Assembly (NCBI GenBank): GCA_021823345.1
Contig: JAKAOF010000007.1
Span: 1-58,799, forward strand
From: Thermoplasmata archaeon
GTDB lineage: Archaea; Thermoplasmatota; Thermoplasmata; Lutacidiplasmatales; UBA184
Direction: 5' to 3'
DNA: 58,799 nt
A program made the position numbers and the translations under genes. Below, piece by piece: positions 48,651-57,363 of this stretch (position 1 is its first letter; every line of letters starts with the position of its first letter). Under the pieces are notes generated by a model, which was given only the letters and a program-made list of their open reading frames with translations, made no database searches and had not been told where the DNA came from.

Positions 48651-48690
48651 TGTTACAAATTTGTTACATTTGATGCGTCAGTTCATATAG
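48651..48690 (+). promoter_or_regulatory. TGTTACA direct-repeat operator and TATA-like box upstream of the muramidase operon
   Basis: TGTTACA at 48651 and 48662 (11-bp period) spanning palindrome ACAAATTTGT; TTCATATA ends about 24 nt before ATG 48713. Confidence 0.55.
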
Positions 48691-48712
48691 GGTCCATGGG
48701 ATATCACTACCG

Positions 48713-51700
48713 ATGGCGTCCAGGGGGAGAGAATCTTATCGCGCTGGACTTGGTTTTGTAGGAACGGGGAACGAGCACGGACCGGAGGAGCCCGCGGGAT
48801 CTCCTCTGGATGTTCCGGTGATGGACGAGGGGCCGACCCATGAAGCCCCGTCCACGCGGTCCGTCCGTCGATCGCACCGCCCCTCAACGGGGATTATCGT
48901 ACTAGCGATCACCATGGTCGTCACCATGGGGGCCATCGTGGCCCTGCCCGCCGTATCGGCCACTTCCCTGCCCGGTTCCCCCGCGGTTCCCTCTAGCGGC
49001 ACCTGCAACCCCTCTTCTCCTTCGACCTTGTTCAGCTGCCTGGAAAGTCGCGTATCCTCTCAGCAAGGCGGCTCGTTCCTCGCCTCGTCCCAGTTCCTGT
49101 CGATCATCATCGGTGGCGCAGAGAAATTGGGAACGCAGTACGGATTCCCCTGGGAATATGTGTACTCGCAGATGGCGGGTGCGGAGTGCGGTGCATGCGC
49201 GTACGCGCAGTGGCCGGGATACTCTGCTCCGGGCAACGTCCACAGCGCCCAGAACTGCTTCAACTGGTGGAGCCTCACTCCGGGGGGAGAGTCCTCCCAG
49301 TACCAACACCTATCCTACACGTATGCGAACGTCCCGAGCGAAGCGGTCGTCACCAATGTGGGATGGCGCTGCTACAACATGTGGGACGGGGGCGGTCCCG
49401 GGAATGGGGGCGGGGACTACGACATGTACGACTTCAACGTGAACCCGGGTCCGCCGGGAGACACTAGCGATTCGGTCTCTCAGGCCATCACCTCGCTCAC
49501 GGACGCCACCACGGGGCCGAACGGGATCACCAGTTACTATTCCTCGAACGTCGGGGTGTGCTACAACGGCTTCTGCGGCTCCGAGATCAAGAACACCTGC
49601 AGCTTCTCCACTTGGGCGGGTGGAACCTACGCCATCGGCCGTCCCTGGGGGGGGGAGGCGAGCTATGCCAGCTCGATCCAGGGTGAGGTCAACTATCTGT
49701 TCGGATCGGTCGCCAATGTCCAGGCCGCGGCGACCGGGGGCAATGGCGCCCCGTGCCTCACGCCGGATGCGGTCACGAGCGGCGGAGGCAGCACCTCACT
49801 GACCGTAAGCTATGGCGCGCAGATCGGAAGCAACCAGATTCACTGCGGCGCGAGCTTCGTGAGCGGGACCACGGTCACGTTCACCGCCTCGGTCAGTGGC
49901 GGCAGCGGTAGTTACTCCTACTCCTGGAACTTCGGGGACGGGTCCTCCGTCGGGCACGGGACCCCCGTCAAGCACACCTATTCCAACGTGGGCACCGTGA
50001 ACCCCCAGCTCAGCGTGACCGACTCGAACAAAGATACGGGGTCATCGGGTTCTGGTTGCACCTTCACCGTCACCTCGGGGTCCACGGGTACGGTGAACGG
50101 CATCGACGTCTCGAGCTATCAATACACGCCGAACTGGCAGACGGTCGCATCCTCCGGCATCCAGTTCGCCTGGGCCAAGGCGACCCAGGGCAACTACTAC
50201 CAGGATGGCGTTTTCAACTACGATATGACCAACGGCAAGGCGGCCGGGGTCATCATGGGGGCGTACGACTTCGCCGACCCCGACAATGTGGCGGCGACGA
50301 CCGAGGCCGCGTACTTCGAGAGCTTCGCGGGAGGATACTTCAAGGCGGGGTACCTCGTCCCCGCGCTGGACATCGAGACCGGCTGTTCCGGGGCCGGGAA
50401 CGGGAACCTCAACGCCGCCCAGATCTCCTCCTGGGTCGACACGTGGTCCTCCAACGTGGCCTCCTACATCCAGACCCATGACGGCTACACGGTGAAGCCG
50501 ATCATCTACACGTACACGAGCTATGCCTCCTCGTGCCTCACCTCGGCGGTCACCTCCTACCCGCTCTGGATCGCCTGGCCCTATTCCTCGTCCCCGTCGA
50601 CCACTCCCTGGTCGGTCTGGGATGTGTGGCAGTACGGGACGACCTCGGTCCCCGGGGTTTCGACGGCGACGGATGTCGACCGGTTCCATGGGGACCTCTC
50701 CCAGCTCAAGTCGACGTTGGTCATCGGCGGCACCCCCTCGGGAGGGACGGGCCCTACCTGCCCCAACCTCGCCGCCGTCACCAACCCGAACGTTGACGGG
50801 CATTCCACGCCCTCCGTGACCCAGTCGAGCGTCGGCACCGGGTACTGGCTGGTCGGCGCGGATGGCGGGGTCTTCACCTTCGGCAATGCCGGATTCTATG
50901 GTTCGGCCGCCAGCAAGAAGCTCGGTGGATGCATCGTCGGGATGGCCGCGACCCCGGACGGGAAGGGGTACTGGCTGGTAGGTTCCGATGGGGGCGTCTT
51001 CGCCTACGGCGATGCCGGATTCTACGGCTCGATGGCGGGTAAGTCCCTCGCAAAGCCCGTCGTGGGAATGGCCGCGACCCCGGACGGGAAGGGCTACTGG
51101 CTCGTTGCGGCCGATGGGGGCATATTCAATTTCGGGGACGCGACCTTCTATGGCTCCCTGCCGGGAGAGCATCTTACGGTGAGCGACATCGTCGGGATGG
51201 CCGCGCTCCCGGACGGGAAGGGCTACTGGCTGGTGGGCGCCGACGGAGGCGTCTTCAGTTTGGGCAGCGCCGCGTTCTACGGCTCGATGGGCGGGAAGTC
51301 CCTCGCCGCCCCGGTGGTCGGGATGGCCACGCCCGACGGGAAGGGCTACTGGCTCGTTGCGGCCGATGGCGGGATCTTCAGCTTCGGCAGCGCCGCGTTC
51401 TACGGCTCGATGGGCGGCAAGGCCCTCGCCAAACCGGTCTCCGGAATGGTGTCCACCCCGGACGGGAAGGGCTACTGGCTCGTGGCCCAGGACGGGGGAG
51501 TGTTCAGCTTCGGGGATGCCCCCTTCTTCGGGTCGATGGCCGGCAAGTCCCTCGCCGCCGCGATGGTGGGCATCGCCGCCGTCCCCTCCGCGGCGAACGC
51601 CGTTCCCGTCGTGTTCACCGCCACCTCACAGACCTCCGGGTGCGGCTCGGGCTGCAACATCTGGTCGGCCGCCCACCTGTCGCTCTCCGTGAGCGGCCCT

Positions 51701-52612
51701 TCGGGGGCCGTGGGAACCTACACCGCGAACACGGCCGCCCTCCTCCTTGAGCCGGGTACCCAGTACACCGTCCAAGTGTCCGTGGGCAACTCGGCCTATT
51801 CGGTGGGCAGCTGGTCCGACAACAACTTCGCCACCCTCATCGTGAGCGTGGGCGGAACGAACCATCAGTACTCTTCCAAGTGCGGCACGCCCACCACCAC
51901 GCCCGGTACCTCCGCCAAGAGCGCGCTCCTCGACACCGGGACGGCCTGGAGCTCGAGCTGCCAGGCCTCCCCACCCCTCGGCGAGCATGTGAACGTCAAC
52001 ATCGTGTCGAGCGGAGGAGGGTCCTCCCAGTGCTCGCAGGCGACCGCGGTGACCCTCGGCAAGGTCGTTACGGGGACCTTGTCGGCCGGCGGCTGCGTCC
52101 TGTTCTCGGTGGCCATCACGCAAACGGACTGGAACAACTGGGGATACCTGGACGCCTACGAGGTGGAGGGTTCCGGTGCATTCCAGATCGCCGCGGGGAT
52201 GTCCCCGCCGACGGTCACCGCGGCGAATGCGCGGGCCGTCGCGAAGGGCCCCGATGCGGCGGTGTCCGTGCCCCTCACCTCCCCCCTGGCGAACCAGTGG
52301 ATGGGATGGGGGACCTATGAGTACCTCGTGACCGCCCCCGGGACGGGAGGGAGCTACTGCTTCGTGACCTACCTTTCCAACCTCGAGGCGACTCCCTCGG
52401 CCTCGTGCGCCACGCACGTCCTGGCAGGAAGCCCCCTGCCATCCTCCCAGGACGCCGGGACGCGGACGTTATCCGTGCCCGCCCCTAGCGGTGTCTCGGT
52501 AGCAATTCTCCCGGGTAACGCATGGTTGAGCTCGATAGTCCTCCTCTCGTTCGTCGGGATCGCCACCGGCCTGTTCTTCCGAGGACGCCGCACCGAGCGA
52601 AACCTGGCATGA
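48713..52612 (+). CDS. Surface-anchored multidomain peptidoglycan hydrolase: GH73-like domain, PKD, GH25 muramidase, six GYWLV repeats, Cys-rich domains, C-terminal TM
   Basis: GH25 motifs GIDVSSYQ, KATQG, GAYDF, LDIE, WQY, DVD (~50090-50715); PKD YSWNFGDG..HTY; N-terminal signal and C-terminal TM plus RGRR; alternative start 48821. Confidence 0.88.
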   Translation: MASRGRESYRAGLGFVGTGNEHGPEEPAGSPLDVPVMDEGPTHEAPSTRSVRRSHRPSTGIIVLAITMVVTMGAIVALPAVSATSLPGSPAVPSSGTCNPSSPSTLFSCLESRVSSQQGGSFLASSQFLSIIIGGAEKLGTQYGFPWEYVYSQMAGAECGACAYAQWPGYSAPGNVHSAQNCFNWWSLTPGGESSQYQHLSYTYANVPSEAVVTNVGWRCYNMWDGGGPGNGGGDYDMYDFNVNPGPPGDTSDSVSQAITSLTDATTGPNGITSYYSSNVGVCYNGFCGSEIKNTCSFSTWAGGTYAIGRPWGGEASYASSIQGEVNYLFGSVANVQAAATGGNGAPCLTPDAVTSGGGSTSLTVSYGAQIGSNQIHCGASFVSGTTVTFTASVSGGSGSYSYSWNFGDGSSVGHGTPVKHTYSNVGTVNPQLSVTDSNKDTGSSGSGCTFTVTSGSTGTVNGIDVSSYQYTPNWQTVASSGIQFAWAKATQGNYYQDGVFNYDMTNGKAAGVIMGAYDFADPDNVAATTEAAYFESFAGGYFKAGYLVPALDIETGCSGAGNGNLNAAQISSWVDTWSSNVASYIQTHDGYTVKPIIYTYTSYASSCLTSAVTSYPLWIAWPYSSSPSTTPWSVWDVWQYGTTSVPGVSTATDVDRFHGDLSQLKSTLVIGGTPSGGTGPTCPNLAAVTNPNVDGHSTPSVTQSSVGTGYWLVGADGGVFTFGNAGFYGSAASKKLGGCIVGMAATPDGKGYWLVGSDGGVFAYGDAGFYGSMAGKSLAKPVVGMAATPDGKGYWLVAADGGIFNFGDATFYGSLPGEHLTVSDIVGMAALPDGKGYWLVGADGGVFSLGSAAFYGSMGGKSLAAPVVGMATPDGKGYWLVAADGGIFSFGSAAFYGSMGGKALAKPVSGMVSTPDGKGYWLVAQDGGVFSFGDAPFFGSMAGKSLAAAMVGIAAVPSAANAVPVVFTATSQTSGCGSGCNIWSAAHLSLSVSGPSGAVGTYTANTAALLLEPGTQYTVQVSVGNSAYSVGSWSDNNFATLIVSVGGTNHQYSSKCGTPTTTPGTSAKSALLDTGTAWSSSCQASPPLGEHVNVNIVSSGGGSSQCSQATAVTLGKVVTGTLSAGGCVLFSVAITQTDWNNWGYLDAYEVEGSGAFQIAAGMSPPTVTAANARAVAKGPDAAVSVPLTSPLANQWMGWGTYEYLVTAPGTGGSYCFVTYLSNLEATPSASCATHVLAGSPLPSSQDAGTRTLSVPAPSGVSVAILPGNAWLSSIVLLSFVGIATGLFFRGRRTERNLA
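50833..51580 (+). repeat. Six intragenic ~126-bp repeats encoding PDGKGYWLVxxDGGVFxFGxAxFYGS
   Basis: Repeated (CC)GGACGGGAAGGGCTACTGGCT visible at DNA level; ~42-aa protein period. Confidence 0.9.
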
Positions 52613-55600
52613 GCGGGATCCCTCTCCGGGGGGGCCTCCTCCTCCACGGGTCCATCCTCATCGCCGCGATGGTGTTGGTGATCGTCCTCCTGCCGGTGGC
52701 CACCGGACCGGGCCCATCGGCGCCGCCGTCCGTCGCGCTATCGGTCCCCTCTCGCCACAGCGCTTCCGGGTCCCCGTCGGCGGGACCCCTCGTCGCGCTG
52801 GCGACGAACTACAGCGGGACCCCCTCCGTGAAGGACCTCTCCTCGCTGCTTCCCTCGGTTCCCGGGGGATCGTGGTCCCGGGTCTCGCGCATCCTGCCCC
52901 TGGGCGGGGGAAGCTTCGAGGTCCTCGGCGCCGACAGCGCTACCATGATCCCGAAGCTGGGTATCCTCACGACCGCGACCACCCCTGCGACCTTCACCGA
53001 CACGACCTCCGGTTTCACCGCGCAGCTCAACAACGTCTCCGCGGCATCGCTCACGGGCAACACCTACGATGGCGGGCAGCTCACCGGTGCCCCCACGACG
53101 ATGTACCTGTGGAATGCTCAGTTCGGACAGTTCAGCGTCTTTCCCGAGATATGGACGGTGAACACCGCCACGAAGGCCGTCACCTCCATGACCATTCCCC
53201 CGTCCTTCACTGCGCTTGATGGGGCGACCTCCGATGGGGCCTTCCTCCTCTTCGTGGGGCAGAACTTCTCCGGGGCCACCCCTGAAAACCTCTTCAGCGT
53301 CTACAATGCTTCCGCAGGGTACGTCAACGTCACCGGGGACATTCCCGCCTCCTTCGGGGCCGCGCAGTTCGCCGTGGGGACCAGTTCCGGGTTCCTGTTG
53401 ACCTCGAACCAGAGCAGCAACACCCTCGGGCTCCTCTCCTACTCGACCGGAGTCTGGAAGTTCACCAACCTCACCGCTTCGCTCCCTCCCACGTCCACCT
53501 TCACTTCGCCGGCCGATCCCCTGGCCACGAACGGCCCCGAGATCCTCCTGGGGTCCTTCCCCCACGGACTGCCCACGGGCACGCCGGACGCCTGGGGGGT
53601 CCTCAACCTGACCACGTCGACCTTCGCGAACGACACGGCGCCGGTCGTCGCCGCGCTGGGTACGCCGACGGCTGCCACGCGAAATCCCGTGAACGGCGTC
53701 AACTTCACCCTGGCCTCGGCCTCCGAGGTCGCCAACCTTGATGGGGCGACCGGCACGGTGTCGAAGCTCGCGGCGAGCGCCCCGTGGAACTCTTCCGAGA
53801 CCCCCACGAGCCTCGAGTGGACCGCATCACGCACCTTGCTCGCCGGGGGCCAATCGACGGGAGGGTGGGCCTTCCTCGACTCTTGGGCCGGGTCCGGTGG
53901 TGTGACCCCTCTGACCCTCCCCTCGGGCCTCGTGGACCCTTCCACCATGGCGTATGGGAACGGGGAGCTCTGGCTGGGCGGCAGCAACGGAAGCGCCGGC
54001 TCCGGCCTCCTCATCAACCTCACGAGTTCCGCCATCGTGCCGCTCGGCAGCGCCTTCCCGGTCCACATGAGCACCCTCTCGGCGTCGACCATGCTGGGCT
54101 CGACGCTCTACCTCTCGGACGGATCGACCATCCTTTCGTACAACACCGCGACCTCGGGACCCTTCTCCGTGCTTCCCACCGTGCCCGGCAGCGGGTACAC
54201 TGACACCCTCGCCGTCGTGAACGGGACCCTCTGGGCCGGGGGCACCCTCTTCACCGGCGCGGCGGGACTCTTCCAGTATTCCGCCTCCGGAGGGACCTGG
54301 ACCAATCTCTCCGGGAACCTCGGGAGCATGGGCTTCGGGCTCGGGGACATCGTTCCCGGGAACTCCACGTCCGCGCTCCTCGGCGGGATCTCCGGGAATG
54401 GGACCGGGGACATCTGGTACTTTAGCGCCTCCTCGGCGAAGCCCTTCCAGAACGTCACGAGCGACATGGGCGCCACGCCTCCGACCCTCGCAGGATCGGA
54501 GCAGGCCGGGTGGAACGGGACGGCCTTCTGGCTCCTCGATGGGTCCCAGATCCTTTCGTGGGCTCCCTCGCAAACCTCTGCGGCGTTCGTCTTCTTCACC
54601 TCGCCGGTCCCGCTCCTCTCGCTCAACTCCCTCGCCGTCGCCCCGCAGGGATTCGTCCTGGGCGGTTACGGGAACGAATCCGTGAGCGCACCCAATGTGC
54701 CGGTCGCGCTCGTCGGAGGAGGGAACACCGGGCGGTTGGACGACCTCACGTCCCTTCTCGGGAAGAACTGGACCCTTCCACCCCTGTCCTACATCGCCGG
54801 CAATGAGATGGCGATCACCTCCGAGAACCTCTCCGGGGAAGCCACCCTTGCCGCACTTCCCCCGCTCCTCCAAGGCACGCTCTACGCGAACGCATCGGAA
54901 GCGGACGCGCCGAGCACCATCCACTTCTCCCTCCAGGTGAGCGGTGGGGTCCCCTCCTACGGGACGGTCCAGTGGGTCATCTCGGGCAAGCCCAGCCTTT
55001 CGGGGCCCAGCGCCAACTTCGTGTTCAACACCTCGGGGATCTACCAGGTGAACGCCTCGGTTTCCGACTCCGGTGGAGCGTCGTTGCTCGTGCAGGGGAT
55101 CGTCACCGTCAATCCTCCGCTCTCGCTCCAGCTCCAAGCCACCCCCACCTCCGGGCTCGCTCCGCTCACCGTGAGCGTGAAGTGGAACCTCACCGGGGGC
55201 GCCGGGGTCGGTCTGGGGGTCGACCTCTCCTTTGGGGACACGGCCGTGAACAACGGACTCGGGGCGAACGGCACCGTGTCCCACACGTACGCAACGGCCG
55301 GGGTCTACACGTTGACCGCGACCGGGACCGACGGCGTGTTGACCCTCACGCAGACCCAGACGATCACCGTCTCCTCGTCAACGCCACCGCTGCCCACGCT
55401 CACGGGGGCCGCCATCTCGCCCGCCACGATCCAGGTCAAGACCAGCGCCACGCAGGCGTTCTCCGGAACCCCCCAGTGCTCCAGTTCCTGCCCGGTCGTG
55501 AACTACTCCTGGGGAATGAGCGGCCACTTCGGGACGCTCAACTCGACACGGGGCAGCTCGGTCGCGTTCACCGCCGGCACGGTGAGCGGCAATTTCACGC

Positions 55601-55929
55601 TCTATCTCAACGTGTCCCTCAATGGGACGGTCAAGGCCGCGACCGCCCACGTGCAGGTGGTCGCCTCCACGACCACCCCTCCCCCGGGAGGGAGCTCGTC
55701 GAACTCTGGCATTCCGCTCACGGACGTCGTGGTCCTGGTCGTCGTGTTCCTGGTGGTGATCGTGGGGCTCCTCGTCCTCATGATGCGCCGGCGCCAGCAG
55801 GCGAGCCCAGCGGCCCCCGCACCCGCCGCCTCGCCCCCGCCCGCGATGGCCGCAGCGCCCGGGTTCCCGGCGGGACCCGCCGCCCCCCCCTCCCCGCCGG
55901 CACCCAAGAAGAAGCGCGGGTGGGTCTGA
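52609..55929 (+). CDS. Large surface glycoprotein with beta-propeller-like repeats, PKD domains and C-terminal TM anchor
   Basis: ATG 52609 overlaps the upstream TGA (ATGA); signal peptide, recurring xNL[TS]xxL motifs, PTSGLAPLTV..FGD..HTY PKD, TM plus RRRQQ and Pro-rich tail. Confidence 0.8.
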   Translation: MSGIPLRGGLLLHGSILIAAMVLVIVLLPVATGPGPSAPPSVALSVPSRHSASGSPSAGPLVALATNYSGTPSVKDLSSLLPSVPGGSWSRVSRILPLGGGSFEVLGADSATMIPKLGILTTATTPATFTDTTSGFTAQLNNVSAASLTGNTYDGGQLTGAPTTMYLWNAQFGQFSVFPEIWTVNTATKAVTSMTIPPSFTALDGATSDGAFLLFVGQNFSGATPENLFSVYNASAGYVNVTGDIPASFGAAQFAVGTSSGFLLTSNQSSNTLGLLSYSTGVWKFTNLTASLPPTSTFTSPADPLATNGPEILLGSFPHGLPTGTPDAWGVLNLTTSTFANDTAPVVAALGTPTAATRNPVNGVNFTLASASEVANLDGATGTVSKLAASAPWNSSETPTSLEWTASRTLLAGGQSTGGWAFLDSWAGSGGVTPLTLPSGLVDPSTMAYGNGELWLGGSNGSAGSGLLINLTSSAIVPLGSAFPVHMSTLSASTMLGSTLYLSDGSTILSYNTATSGPFSVLPTVPGSGYTDTLAVVNGTLWAGGTLFTGAAGLFQYSASGGTWTNLSGNLGSMGFGLGDIVPGNSTSALLGGISGNGTGDIWYFSASSAKPFQNVTSDMGATPPTLAGSEQAGWNGTAFWLLDGSQILSWAPSQTSAAFVFFTSPVPLLSLNSLAVAPQGFVLGGYGNESVSAPNVPVALVGGGNTGRLDDLTSLLGKNWTLPPLSYIAGNEMAITSENLSGEATLAALPPLLQGTLYANASEADAPSTIHFSLQVSGGVPSYGTVQWVISGKPSLSGPSANFVFNTSGIYQVNASVSDSGGASLLVQGIVTVNPPLSLQLQATPTSGLAPLTVSVKWNLTGGAGVGLGVDLSFGDTAVNNGLGANGTVSHTYATAGVYTLTATGTDGVLTLTQTQTITVSSSTPPLPTLTGAAISPATIQVKTSATQAFSGTPQCSSSCPVVNYSWGMSGHFGTLNSTRGSSVAFTAGTVSGNFTLYLNVSLNGTVKAATAHVQVVASTTTPPPGGSSSNSGIPLTDVVVLVVVFLVVIVGLLVLMMRRRQQASPAAPAPAASPPPAMAAAPGFPAGPAAPPSPPAPKKKRGWV

Positions 55930-55944
55930 GATACCTCCCCGCGA

Positions 55945-57234
55945 TCAGGACGGAGCTTCCGGTAACGCAGGAAGCGGTGTAGGGTCGAGTCGCCACAGCT
56001 TGCGACCCGCGAGGGAAAACACCCCGGAAAGGAGGAGCCCGGCTCCCGCGAACTCGATCGTGGGGGAGATCCCATACTTCCCGATCAGCACGCCCCCGAC
56101 GATCTGGGACACGGGCAACACCCCCCAGCTCAGGAGGCCATCGAGCGCGAAGTAGCGGCCTTGCACACCGGTGGGCACCATCGTCTGGGCGGCCGTGAGC
56201 CAGGTGTTCCCGGCAAAGCTCGAGAACACCACGTAGCTGAACACCAGGGGGAAGGCGAGCGTCGGGGCGCTCACCAGGGAAAGGCCGAAGAGCCCGAGCC
56301 CCGACCCGATACCGTACCCCAGCACCCAGACCTTCCCGACGTGTCGGACCGCCGCCGTTCTCCCGACCAGGAGGACCCCGATGGCGCTCCCCGCGGTCAT
56401 CGTCGCCAGGAACAGTCCGTAGGTGAGGGAGGTCCCGTGGAGGTTCTCCACCACGTAGACGACCACGAAGGTGGTGAACACGGTGCTGAAGAAGTTCATG
56501 AACAGGGCGGATACCGAAAGTTGCCAGAGGCCCGGAGCCTGGTGGATGAGCCACCCGAACCCTTCGGAAAGTTCCCGCAACATCCGGGGCGGAGCGGCCC
56601 GGGGTTTCCGGGAGGCCTGGTGCGCGAGGCGGAGGGCCCGGTAGACGCTGAGGAGGAAGAGGGAGGAGACCACGAAGGTCAGGGAGTTGTAGAGTATCCC
56701 GAGGACGGCCCCGACCGTGATCACGAGGATCCCCCCGATCGAGTTCGAGACGAGGCTCACCAGCGAGCGGGAAGCCAGGTTGAGCCCGTTGGCGTCCGCA
56801 AGGTCCTCGGGCGGGAGGATCGCCGGGAAGAGGGTCTGCTCGGCCGGCTGGAAGAGGACCGAGGCGGCCGAGACGACGAACATCGCGACCAACACGAACG
56901 ACAGTTGAAAGCCCTCCCAAAGGAACGCCACCGTGAGCCCTCCCAGCGTGACCGCCCGGATGAGGTCCGCCGCCACCATGAGGCGCACCCGGTCGTACCG
57001 GTCGATCCAGACCCCCGAGGGAAGCGTGAAGGCGATGGTCGCGGCCAGCTCCACGATGCCGACATAGGCGACATCCATCGCGGACTTCGTGGTGGCGAAC
57101 ACGATCCAGATGATCGCCACGCTCGCGATGGTCCTCCCGCTCTGGGAGGTCAGTCCGGCAAGGTAGACCGCCCGGAAATTCGGGACCTTGAGCACTCGGG
57201 CAAATCGATGGGTGGTTCCTTCCGCTGGACGCAT
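55945..57234 (-). CDS. MFS transporter (DHA3/macrolide-efflux-like)
   Basis: About 12 TM segments; GVWIDRYDRVRLMVAADLIRA motif A, LADANGL, QTMVPTGVQGRYF. Confidence 0.88.
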   Translation of the reverse strand: MRPAEGTTHRFARVLKVPNFRAVYLAGLTSQSGRTIASVAIIWIVFATTKSAMDVAYVGIVELAATIAFTLPSGVWIDRYDRVRLMVAADLIRAVTLGGLTVAFLWEGFQLSFVLVAMFVVSAASVLFQPAEQTLFPAILPPEDLADANGLNLASRSLVSLVSNSIGGILVITVGAVLGILYNSLTFVVSSLFLLSVYRALRLAHQASRKPRAAPPRMLRELSEGFGWLIHQAPGLWQLSVSALFMNFFSTVFTTFVVVYVVENLHGTSLTYGLFLATMTAGSAIGVLLVGRTAAVRHVGKVWVLGYGIGSGLGLFGLSLVSAPTLAFPLVFSYVVFSSFAGNTWLTAAQTMVPTGVQGRYFALDGLLSWGVLPVSQIVGGVLIGKYGISPTIEFAGAGLLLSGVFSLAGRKLWRLDPTPLPALPEAPS

Positions 57235-57340
57235 GGCGAGTTCTCGTTTTCCCCGGCTTCGACAGGCTCGACCCGTCCTTCCCTATAGCCGCCGCGGGCT
57301 CTGGGGAGGGACGGTCACCCCGGCGTCCCTTCAGAAGGAC

Positions 57341-57347
57341 TTATAAG
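57341..57347 (+). promoter_or_regulatory. TATA box of the S53 peptidase gene
   Basis: TTATAAG preceded by purine-rich BRE-like AGAAGGA; about 25 nt before the ATG at 57373. Confidence 0.55.
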
Positions 57348-57363
57348 GGGGACTGGAATCAAA

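Noticed and set aside
50833-51580. CRISPR array or DGR-like repeat
   Set aside because: The repeats are in-frame, codon-degenerate protein repeats with no unique spacers, cas genes or reverse transcriptase.
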